From an uncultured archaeon (GTDB lineage Archaea > Aenigmatarchaeota > Aenigmatarchaeia > CG10238-14): a stretch of 35,099 nt of DNA. The notes under the pieces were generated by a model. The model searched no databases, had not been told where the DNA came from, and saw only the letters and a list, made by a program, of their open reading frames with translations. A program made the position numbers and the translations under genes. Below, in pieces: positions 16,393-24,720 of the stretch. Within the stretch, counting starts at the first letter, position 1. The number at the start of each line of letters is the position of its first letter. The stretch lies in NCBI GenBank assembly GCA_964392445.1, contig CAYMPD010000009.1:1-35099 (forward strand), in the 5' to 3' direction.

Positions 16393-16752
16393 TTAATGCT
16401 CTCCTCCTTTTTTGTCTTTGGGTTCAACCTCTACCGATGGAGCATTTAATATTCTATCTACTAACTCTAATTCGTTTCTTCCGAACCCTTGAAGTTTTTC
16501 AACTGAATCTTTTAATTTTTTGTAATCGGCTTCCTCTAACAGAATATTCTTTTCTGCTTTTTCGATCTTATCCGCTAATTTACCTCTGAGAATCAATTCT
16601 CTTCCATTTAATTTCAAATCTGGATGAAACAAAACTGATATTATTGTGTCCTTAACATCGTAGTCTAAATCCTTCTCTACAACTTTATCTTCTTCCCTAA
16701 CCTTAGCTTTCACTCTGTAATTTTCCAGATTTATTTTTCTCATAACTTTCAT
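16393..16752 (-). CDS. Hypothetical protein, possible fibre-assembly chaperone
   Basis: Charged helical protein (LLEEADYKKLK) directly after a fibre-like gene; GGAGGAG RBS. Confidence 0.55.
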   Translation of the reverse strand: MKVMRKINLENYRVKAKVREEDKVVEKDLDYDVKDTIISVLFHPDLKLNGRELILRGKLADKIEKAEKNILLEEADYKKLKDSVEKLQGFGRNELELVDRILNAPSVEVEPKDKKGGEH

Positions 16753-16769
16753 CTCCTCCGTTTAAAATT

Positions 16770-16788
16770 AAAATAAAAAAAGAAAAAA
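16770..16788 (-). terminator. Archaeal oligo-T terminator candidate
   Basis: T-rich tract on the minus strand just downstream of the stop at 16802. Confidence 0.35.
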
Positions 16789-16801
16789 CGGATTATTAAG
16801 T

Positions 16802-17473
16802 TTAATTGCTCACAAGTGCAATGTATTTTGTTCCGACTCCTTCGATATGAACTCTCAAACCACCATAGGCGGTGTGAGAATCTATATCTGTGTCGAAAAA
16901 CTTACCGCTTCCTGCATCAAGATTTGCTCCGCCTGCTAAGAAGAAAGCGTTGCTGTCAACGGTGTCATTGTCATCTCCTGCTGCATTAAGTTGTAAGAAA
17001 GATGTTTTTGTTCCTGTGCTTGCACTTGAACCTGCAATTATATTTCCTTCAAACACTGCATAACTTCCACTTGATGTTCCTGTTGAAAGAGTCAGATCTC
17101 CACAAACTACTGAGCCTAAACCTGTTACTGAACCACTCGAATTAAATGTTGTTTCTCCTTTAATTGCGTTAGCCCATCCGCCCATTGCTGCTTGAACAGC
17201 TAAGACGAATTTTGCTCTTCCACCAGTAGTATCTGCAGAAGTTATTGTATTTGTCATAACCATTGGATCACTGATGTCTGTGCATGTTAATGTAAATGCT
17301 TCTGACGATCCCAAAGTAAAGGTTACATCTGTAGAGAAAGTTGCTGCTCCTGTAACTGTAAGGGTATCTGTTGTTGCGTCTCCAAAACTAAGATCTCCTG
17401 TTATTGTTAGATCGTTGTCTATAGTCACGTCATAAGCCGTAAGCTTATTTGCGTGCCAACCATATTTTGTCAT
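16802..17473 (-). CDS. Capsid decoration or fibre-like protein
   Basis: Immediately after MCP; G/T/S-rich beta repeats (TIDNDLTITGDLSFGDATTDTLTVTG). Confidence 0.6.
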   Translation of the reverse strand: MTKYGWHANKLTAYDVTIDNDLTITGDLSFGDATTDTLTVTGAATFSTDVTFTLGSSEAFTLTCTDISDPMVMTNTITSADTTGGRAKFVLAVQAAMGGWANAIKGETTFNSSGSVTGLGSVVCGDLTLSTGTSSGSYAVFEGNIIAGSSASTGTKTSFLQLNAAGDDNDTVDSNAFFLAGGANLDAGSGKFFDTDIDSHTAYGGLRVHIEGVGTKYIALVSN

Positions 17474-17541
17474 AATTTACCAACTCCTTATTTTTCTGAA
17501 TAGCATCGCTATAAAGATAAGAGAAATAAAATTTCTCCTCC

Positions 17542-18507
17542 TTATGCGTCAGTAACTTTGACCAGGCACTGAGCTTTTGATTGTATGAGTTCTACATCGT
17601 ATGCTGAATCATAGTATAGATAATGGTTTGCATATCTCTTCAGATACTCATAATCCACTTTCAGTTTCTGTTTCCATGCTAAAGTCATCCAGACTTTTCT
17701 GTTTGCGAAATCTCCCACTGCTAAACACGAATGTCCCGCTGCTCCCCATGCTGTGCTGTCTGAAGTATCAGTCGCACTGTTTGCATAGGCTGTTGTGTTC
17801 TCTGTAGATAATATCTTCATTCCAAGATATTTTCCAATCTCTCCATTCAAGACTACTTCTCTTCCACCGTATTCAGCCGCATTTGTAAACTGGCTTGATT
17901 TGTGGAATACTTTCTCCTGCTCATTAGCAACAAAGAAAGCTTTCGCCTGGAATGAATTTGCATCCTTTAATTCAGCGATTGCATCTGCAACTAAATCCAC
18001 TGTTATTGTATCTCCTGTAGTTAATCCACTCGCATCAGATGCGTCTCCACCGTACAAGATGTTATCTGTTCCTGTTTCTGCTTCTGCAGCTATTGCTGCT
18101 TCGATGTTTTCCTCGTGATCCTGGACCAATGTATATCTAGCCAATTCAATTAAATTAATTGAACTAGTATCCACCAACTCTTTGGTTATTGCGATTGCTC
18201 CCAGTTTAAATGTAGGAGTGCATGTAACCGTGTTGATGTGTGTCATTTCGGTATAAGTCCTTTCAGCACCTTCGGTGTGAGAAGTTGTTATATCCAAGTG
18301 ACTTGTGGTCTTTGGTATCTTTACACTAACAGATTTGTTTGGAAGCATAATACTGGTATCTTCTCTTACAAATGGTCTGAAATATCTCTGATCCTCAGCG
18401 AACTTAACAACATCCGGACTAATTATAGTCTCTTGAATATTGGTAATATTCGTTGTAGATGTATCAGTTATATTTGCCTCTTGTAACATTCTAAGTCTTC
18501 TTACCAT
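17542..18507 (-). CDS. Major capsid protein, HK97 fold
   Basis: 321 aa after the protease/scaffold gene; V.IPK, K.G.I.ITKEL..DS.I.L, long backbone helix, GEIGKYLGMKIL and terminal A....+KV patterns. Confidence 0.85.
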   Translation of the reverse strand: MVRRLRMLQEANITDTSTTNITNIQETIISPDVVKFAEDQRYFRPFVREDTSIMLPNKSVSVKIPKTTSHLDITTSHTEGAERTYTEMTHINTVTCTPTFKLGAIAITKELVDTSSINLIELARYTLVQDHEENIEAAIAAEAETGTDNILYGGDASDASGLTTGDTITVDLVADAIAELKDANSFQAKAFFVANEQEKVFHKSSQFTNAAEYGGREVVLNGEIGKYLGMKILSTENTTAYANSATDTSDSTAWGAAGHSCLAVGDFANRKVWMTLAWKQKLKVDYEYLKRYANHYLYYDSAYDVELIQSKAQCLVKVTDA

Positions 18508-18508
18508 A

Positions 18509-19651
18509 TTAAGCCCCTCCCTGCGCTCTTAACATCATACTCTTAAGAGCTTTGTTGGCATCTATTCTTGCCTGATCTAAATCTATTTTAGAATAATCCC
18601 GTCTTTGTTTCGTACCAGATACACTTTCAAGTTTCTCTGGTTGTGATTCAGCCGCTGTAGCTGGCTCTGAATCCAGTGCTTCCATTTTCTTTAAGATTCT
18701 ATCTAAATTACCCTCAACTGCGTTTAAAGAGTCTGAAGACATTTTCTTGAGTTCTTCTGCTTTTGCTTTCCCTTCTTCTGAATCTTTGGATGAGAGAAGT
18801 CCAATATCTACTTCTTTACCAAGAATGGAATCTATTTTTTGCTCTAACTCTTTAGCCTCATATTTTTCAAGTTTGGCTTTGAGTTCTGCAACTTTCTCTG
18901 ATTCCATCTTCTCTTCCTCGTCTTCATCTTTTTTCTTTCTTTTAGCAAGTTCTCTCTCTAGATCTTCTGTGCTCATACCCGAAGTATCTTTTTTCTTGGG
19001 ATATGGATATTCTTCTTTTTCCTCGTCTTTCTTTAGTTCAATCTTTGATAGTCTCTTTTCAATTGCTTCAAGTTTCTTCATTACTGCTCCATCCACAGGA
19101 GGATTTTCGTTATCTACTTCCATAAAGTTTTCAACCTCCTTATTTGAATTAAGCATTGTTTTTCGGACCGCTGGGTCCAAAACAAAAGAACATGAACGTG
19201 TGATAGGATCTACCGCCCAGTTTCGACCTGACTGATGGTCAGCCCTGATATCGGCATCCACTGTAACTGATAATCCAATTTTTGCTCCATAGTGAAGATG
19301 TTTGGCAACGTTATCATCTATGATTTTTAAATCCCCAAAAATAGCCTTGTGTTTGGAATTCCATTTGGGATTCAATATTTCTCCTGCATAGGATTCGACG
19401 GTTCCTCCCATCGGATTCTTGTGATGGTCTTTGAATAGAGGTAATCCTTCGTATTGGTCAACAATCTTCTTCAGTTCATCAGCAGAATAATAATCCCCAT
19501 TATGAGTTCCTTCGTCAATAATAAGAGCGTTTTTAATTACATAAGGCATTTTTAATTCCTTTGGTTTAATTGTGAAATCCTTGTTTGTCAACCCTTTACT
19601 TGTTCCCAGGAAACGGGGCATCTGCATTGGCATAGAAAGCGTTATTCTCAT
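18509..19651 (-). CDS. Prohead maturation protease fused to a scaffold-like coiled coil
   Basis: G.HNG..YSADEL...G.PL..DH, GLSV and SFV.DPA motifs of the assemblin/HK97 protease fold; charged helical C-terminal half; start uncertain. Confidence 0.8.
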   Translation of the reverse strand: MRITLSMPMQMPRFLGTSKGLTNKDFTIKPKELKMPYVIKNALIIDEGTHNGDYYSADELKKIVDQYEGLPLFKDHHKNPMGGTVESYAGEILNPKWNSKHKAIFGDLKIIDDNVAKHLHYGAKIGLSVTVDADIRADHQSGRNWAVDPITRSCSFVLDPAVRKTMLNSNKEVENFMEVDNENPPVDGAVMKKLEAIEKRLSKIELKKDEEKEEYPYPKKKDTSGMSTEDLERELAKRKKKDEDEEEKMESEKVAELKAKLEKYEAKELEQKIDSILGKEVDIGLLSSKDSEEGKAKAEELKKMSSDSLNAVEGNLDRILKKMEALDSEPATAAESQPEKLESVSGTKQRRDYSKIDLDQARIDANKALKSMMLRAQGGA

Positions 19652-19700
19652 GAGTAATTTTTCAATAGTTAATTATTTTAATGAACATGTGGGGTTATCC

Positions 19701-22700
19701 TTATACTCCCATTTTTAATTTTTGCTGCCAGTACCACACAGTTCTTTTAGAACATCCTAAAATCCTTGCTATCTTGGGTCTAGGAGTTGGTTCATGAAAA
19801 GTTAAAATTCTAATCTTGTCTATCTGATGTGGAGTCAAAAATTCTGTTTCCTTTCTTTCTAATTCTGAATCACTCTTTTCCATTTCCCATAGACTGGCTT
19901 TGGGATCATCCCTTCTTAATATCCATTTGCCTTTTAATTTTTTACCATTGAATTTTATCTGGATTACTTCTGTTTTCTCTTCGATTACATCAGCAGTTCC
20001 CTTATCTAAAACTTCTATCTTTGCGGGAATAGATTTGTTTGGATTAATCTCACTTTCAGGTTTGTAAGTTCCAGGCTTGAAATATTTAGAATATTCGTCT
20101 TTCTCAACGGCGTTTAAAATATCTGTGTCTACAGGATTCTTCTCGAATAAAAAGAATGGTCTATTTCCGAGTCTTAGGAAGTATTGATTAACAGGTAATT
20201 TTCTTACAACTTCTTGTCCTTTCCAAGTCAATACTGTTAGTAGGAATTTCTTACTTTCCAGATATCGGGTGTTATCAAAATTAGTAATATCCTCTTCTAC
20301 ACTCAGATAATCTTTGTCAAGGAAATATTTTCTCAATTCTTCACGTCGGCTCAATCTGTCCTCTTTACTTAATCCCTTTTCCCAGTAATTCAATTTATCA
20401 GGTACCCTCTTCTCCCATTTCCTTGGCAGCCATGGTTCACCTGATGGTGGAATTTCTTTATCGTTTATAGCATCCCTGCTTAAAATATAAGGTCTCTGGG
20501 TTTTTGGTTTCCAATATAACCATCCTGCTAATCTTCGTTCACCTTTTAAACCAGGTATAAATCTGAATACTACTCTCCCCTCCCAGGACCCATGTATAAA
20601 GAATTCATGAAAGTCAGGTTTTTGAGCGCCATGTTCAACTTCTCCCTTTCCAACTATATGAAATACTCCAGGATAATTTTTAGTTCCCCCTGGGGCTCCA
20701 GGTTCTTTTTTCTTTGGTGATGTCACTCCTTCCATGTCTAGCCATGCTTTTGGTTGTCTCGATTTTGTATTCACACGTAACGTATGTTTACCACCTTCAC
20801 GTGATTCAACTTCACCCGTTTTCAAATCCATCTTCCAAACATTGGGTTTACTGTCATATTCCTTTGCCTGTTTTAAAGTAGTGACTTCTTCCTTGATTTT
20901 ACCGTCATAAACATTTGCCAGAGTAAATCCCATTAGTTTTCCATCTGACATCTCAAATCTCATATCCCCGTGGACAGATTTTCCTCTGTAGTGATTCTGG
21001 AATACCCATCTATATTTCTTCTGGGCTAACTGGGATAGTACTTCACTATCCTTTCCTGCGGAGATGTTATAAATAATATCATCTTTTTTTCCCTCAACCC
21101 TTACATGGAATGGTCCTAAATCTAATTCATCGTTGAGTTTAACTGGATGAATTCTTTCAACTGGGAAACTAGATATCTTATCTAGTATTTCTGAAGTAGC
21201 ATAAATCGGTGGGTCAGCCCCTCCAGATAATCCATCAGCTGCCTGGGCACTTTTTAATAATATTGCATCTGGGTCCATTCTCAAAAGTCTTTTATCAGTA
21301 CAATTAATCAGTAAATTAAATCCTCCTGATGTTAACATCGTGGATCCTTCCATATCTTTTCTCTTGATGTTATAATCAACCAATCCTAACTGTCCTGGTT
21401 TTTTTGGACTAGTCCCTCTCTTTGGGATTTTCTTCTTTTCAATCCTACCAGTAGTTTGTAATACGTATTTGTGAGCCAGTTCTTTGGTAGATAACTTCTC
21501 ACTAGTTTTTTCGACAACTCTGGGAGCCCACCAGTTGAACCAGGTCTGACCAGTCTTCGGGTCTTTATACTCAGATATATCAACAAAAACAACCTTGAGT
21601 TTATCGCCCCGTTCCGCTTTGACTGATGTATTATACGTTCGCCCAACATATGGGACTCCAGAAATTGCCATATCGTAGTAGTAGGTTCCAGAGGTACCAG
21701 AAACCTTATGGACTTTGATAACTTTTCCCACGAGGTAGAGTTCCTTCTTGTACTTGATTTGTTTCTGAGATTTCTTATCTAACTCGTAAATTGAATCGGC
21801 CAATTTTAACATGGCTCCTTCAGATCCTTCTTTCCCTGAATAACTCTTCACTGCCCTGCGTAAAGAGTCCTCATTCCTAACTTTTGTATCACTGGCTATT
21901 TTAAATCGTTTTGAAGTATGAATACTTTTTAATAATTTCAATCTCTCTTCTGCGGGTAGTTTGTGTATATCTTTATCACCTAGGTACAGAATATCGTAAG
22001 CAGTAAGTCTTACTTTGTCTTCTAACTTTTCATTCTTGTGGTTAACCACAGCTGCATTATCCGCTCTTGGTTGATGTTCACCTTTAATATATAATTCCAA
22101 TTCTCCGATTAAAACCCATTTCCCTTTTTTGGATTCTATCTCTTTAACTAATGTGGGTAGATTTCCTGTAACATCACTCCCATCTTCAGTCCATATCTTA
22201 ACTTTATCACCGACCTTGTGGACCTGACATGTTATTCCGTCATATTTTCTTTGGACTATAACTCCTTTATCTTTCCATTTTTCCCACTCTTTGTTAACTA
22301 TGTTAACCAGGGAATCAATATTATACCTTTCCTTCTTCCCACGTCCATGAGTTGGTTTGAGTTGATAGAACGGTCTGAATGGCTTTATTGATTTTTGTTT
22401 TTTAGATGTTACTGCATCTTTAGGAAAACTAGGATCCTTGGTCATGTAATTTCTATAGAATGTTCTCTTGCTTTGTAAGACTAAATTACCGTTAATATCA
22501 ACTGATAAGTCATATAAATTAACAAAATTAGTGAATGGACCACACCAGGTCTGATCAGAAAGTATGTGAAGTCTGTCTTCGTAATTCTTGAAGACTTTCT
22601 TTAAGACTTGTTTTGTCTTCTCAAATATGGGCTCTTCTTCAGATGCATGCACTATCAGGTCTATATCTCCATCTGTGTCCATCCAGTTTGCCAGAGAACC

Positions 22701-24182
22701 AACCAATTGTACGAAAGGTCTTCTTAGTTTAACTGGCTTCCATCTCTGAGCGAACTCTGAAGGGGTTATTTTATCCAGTTCTTTGAATCCCCTTTGGATT
22801 CTCCAGGCGGTAATATCATTTACTTTCTTTCCAGCAGATCTATCAAGCATTACATAACCACTCGATTTAATCTTCATATATTTCTCTATGATAGGAACAT
22901 CTTTGACGTAAGATAGAAAATTGTTTAAACTTATACGAGAACCTCTCTCTGATTCAGTACCAGGGAATACAGGAAGATAACTTTTATTTTTTAATTCAAT
23001 CCTCTTGGGATCCTTAACATTAAGTTTAATTTTTTTTAGTTCCTCATCCGTCTTGTCTTCAGTATCTTCAATTCCTTTTTTCTTGAGTTTATCCATTAGT
23101 TTACCTTTGAATTTAAAGGCGTACCAGTCAATCTGATCATCCCATCTCGGTACCATTCCACGTTTAACCATCTCTTGTTTAATCCACCACATAGCATCTA
23201 TAACTGAGGCTATCCTGTATGGATGATATCCTTTCCTTTTGACTAGTGCCTGCCAGATTTGTTTGGCTCTCGCATGTAAACCGAGTAAAGAATTTTTAGA
23301 CCTGTCTTGTAACAATCCAGTTGATTTGATATGAGAAAACTTAATCAACTCCTTCTTATCCAACTCTTTAAATAGAATGATGTCTTTTTTGAACGGCATA
23401 TTCCTTTTTTCTTTCTCCTCCATTATATCTAAACACAGAGAAGTTATATTCGATTCATCCCATCCTTCAACTTGTTTTCCTTCCATTATTTTCCTGGCAA
23501 ATCTTCTTGCAATAACATTAAGCTGGTGCAGTTCTGTATCTTCCATTTCTGCCATACTTCTTGTATCGTGAGGAGTGAAATAATCTGGTCTGACATATTT
23601 CCACCAATTCTTAGATCCGTCCTCATTATATTTAGAATCTAAATCCTTGACAACTAATCCCTCACCTGGACAATCCCAACTGAAAAAATCTGGTGGTCGT
23701 ATAAATGAGATAACTTCTGAAATATTTCCATTTCCTTCCAAAGTTTGGGACAGATATTCTTTTCGTTTTCTGAGCGGTAAATCAGTTAGGTTTTCACCAT
23801 CTAAATGAAGGATATCGAATATTTTAATATTTAACTCGTTTCTCCTGTCTTTATTATGCTTAACAATATCATAGACGAGTTTGTTTCCTCCTTTAGGATG
23901 GTATAATTCACCATCAAGTACTACCTTATTTGACGAAACTGACTCAAGGACTGCATCTCTAAATCCATCAGGTAGCTGAATTTCATTACCCCAGTAGGAA
24001 AAGAACTTTACCTCATCTCCATCTTTTATGACTTCAATTCTTAATCCATCAATTTTATGTTCGAGTATGAGATCCTTTTTATCCCAAGGTAATTTTTCCA
24101 ATTCTACCAAAGAAAAAAATTCATTAGTTTCAAATCTACTCAAATCTTTATAAGGCTTGATTTGTTCTATTCTCGAAAGCAT
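19701..24182 (-). CDS. 1493-aa polyprotein: ATP-dependent ligase core, helical repeats, nucleotidyltransferase, second ligase core with OB fold, degenerate MBL fold, LigD-type 3'-phosphoesterase, second degenerate PE, HTH
   Basis: KxDG at K43 and K646, each with downstream ligase motifs III, IIIa, IV and V; GS..DxD at aa 495-508; HYRGKSVHGDMR at aa 1064-1075; C-terminal KIARILGCSKRTV. Confidence 0.85.
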   Translation of the reverse strand: MLSRIEQIKPYKDLSRFETNEFFSLVELEKLPWDKKDLILEHKIDGLRIEVIKDGDEVKFFSYWGNEIQLPDGFRDAVLESVSSNKVVLDGELYHPKGGNKLVYDIVKHNKDRRNELNIKIFDILHLDGENLTDLPLRKRKEYLSQTLEGNGNISEVISFIRPPDFFSWDCPGEGLVVKDLDSKYNEDGSKNWWKYVRPDYFTPHDTRSMAEMEDTELHQLNVIARRFARKIMEGKQVEGWDESNITSLCLDIMEEKEKRNMPFKKDIILFKELDKKELIKFSHIKSTGLLQDRSKNSLLGLHARAKQIWQALVKRKGYHPYRIASVIDAMWWIKQEMVKRGMVPRWDDQIDWYAFKFKGKLMDKLKKKGIEDTEDKTDEELKKIKLNVKDPKRIELKNKSYLPVFPGTESERGSRISLNNFLSYVKDVPIIEKYMKIKSSGYVMLDRSAGKKVNDITAWRIQRGFKELDKITPSEFAQRWKPVKLRRPFVQLVGSLANWMDTDGDIDLIVHASEEEPIFEKTKQVLKKVFKNYEDRLHILSDQTWCGPFTNFVNLYDLSVDINGNLVLQSKRTFYRNYMTKDPSFPKDAVTSKKQKSIKPFRPFYQLKPTHGRGKKERYNIDSLVNIVNKEWEKWKDKGVIVQRKYDGITCQVHKVGDKVKIWTEDGSDVTGNLPTLVKEIESKKGKWVLIGELELYIKGEHQPRADNAAVVNHKNEKLEDKVRLTAYDILYLGDKDIHKLPAEERLKLLKSIHTSKRFKIASDTKVRNEDSLRRAVKSYSGKEGSEGAMLKLADSIYELDKKSQKQIKYKKELYLVGKVIKVHKVSGTSGTYYYDMAISGVPYVGRTYNTSVKAERGDKLKVVFVDISEYKDPKTGQTWFNWWAPRVVEKTSEKLSTKELAHKYVLQTTGRIEKKKIPKRGTSPKKPGQLGLVDYNIKRKDMEGSTMLTSGGFNLLINCTDKRLLRMDPDAILLKSAQAADGLSGGADPPIYATSEILDKISSFPVERIHPVKLNDELDLGPFHVRVEGKKDDIIYNISAGKDSEVLSQLAQKKYRWVFQNHYRGKSVHGDMRFEMSDGKLMGFTLANVYDGKIKEEVTTLKQAKEYDSKPNVWKMDLKTGEVESREGGKHTLRVNTKSRQPKAWLDMEGVTSPKKKEPGAPGGTKNYPGVFHIVGKGEVEHGAQKPDFHEFFIHGSWEGRVVFRFIPGLKGERRLAGWLYWKPKTQRPYILSRDAINDKEIPPSGEPWLPRKWEKRVPDKLNYWEKGLSKEDRLSRREELRKYFLDKDYLSVEEDITNFDNTRYLESKKFLLTVLTWKGQEVVRKLPVNQYFLRLGNRPFFLFEKNPVDTDILNAVEKDEYSKYFKPGTYKPESEINPNKSIPAKIEVLDKGTADVIEEKTEVIQIKFNGKKLKGKWILRRDDPKASLWEMEKSDSELERKETEFLTPHQIDKIRILTFHEPTPRPKIARILGCSKRTVWYWQQKLKMGV

Positions 24183-24460
24183 TATTCCTCAACTTCAAAA
24201 TAATCACGAGTAATTGTCACAGCAGTATCATCAGTGACTTTCCATTCAACAATCCATCTTCCTTCTTCTGGGGAACTCGGTATATTATATTTATAAGAGT
24301 ATTTCCCTGTCGAATCATTAGTTGGAGTTGATTCGTCAATTTTAACTGTCCCATCTGGGTTAGTAACAGATATCACTATTGATGTGGGAGTTGTTAGATT
24401 ATTATCTGTATCAAAAACTTCAATCTTACAAACAACTGTCTCGCTCGCTTGAAATTTCAT
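24182..24460 (-). CDS. Small Ig-like/BppU-N-like beta-sandwich protein
   Basis: ETVVCKIEV.D.DN.L..P..I.I.VTNPDGT...TGKY.Y...G.W.VEW pattern. Confidence 0.6.
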   Translation of the reverse strand: MKFQASETVVCKIEVFDTDNNLTTPTSIVISVTNPDGTVKIDESTPTNDSTGKYSYKYNIPSSPEEGRWIVEWKVTDDTAVTITRDYFEVEE

Positions 24461-24720
24461 TCAAATTTCACCTTCAGTATGTTTCCCCTATGTAAAGAGG
24501 AACTTAATTTCATATTTTGTGTAATTTTGGATACTAACTTTGAACCACGTGATAAACTAGATTTTAATCTTATTAGTCCTTGGGAAATTGATGAGCGGAG
24601 ATTTAATCCCCTCGTTATTCTGGAAACTAATTTACTTCCTCGTTCAATTCTAGTAACGTATGTTACTGTATCTCCTTTTAATGGAACTACATGTTCCATT
24701 TCAAGTGACTGTATTCCCAT
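24457..24720 (-). CDS. Small basic repeat protein
   Basis: Quasi-repeats, with RGSKLVS(R/K)IT twice; ATGA-type overlaps on both sides. Confidence 0.6.
   Translation of the reverse strand: MGIQSLEMEHVVPLKGDTVTYVTRIERGSKLVSRITRGLNLRSSISQGLIRLKSSLSRGSKLVSKITQNMKLSSSLHRGNILKVKFE

Noticed and set aside
19701-24182. Ordinary replicative DNA ligase
   Set aside because: No N-terminal DNA-binding domain of archaeal LigI type; duplicated core, extra enzymatic domains, and located in the head operon.
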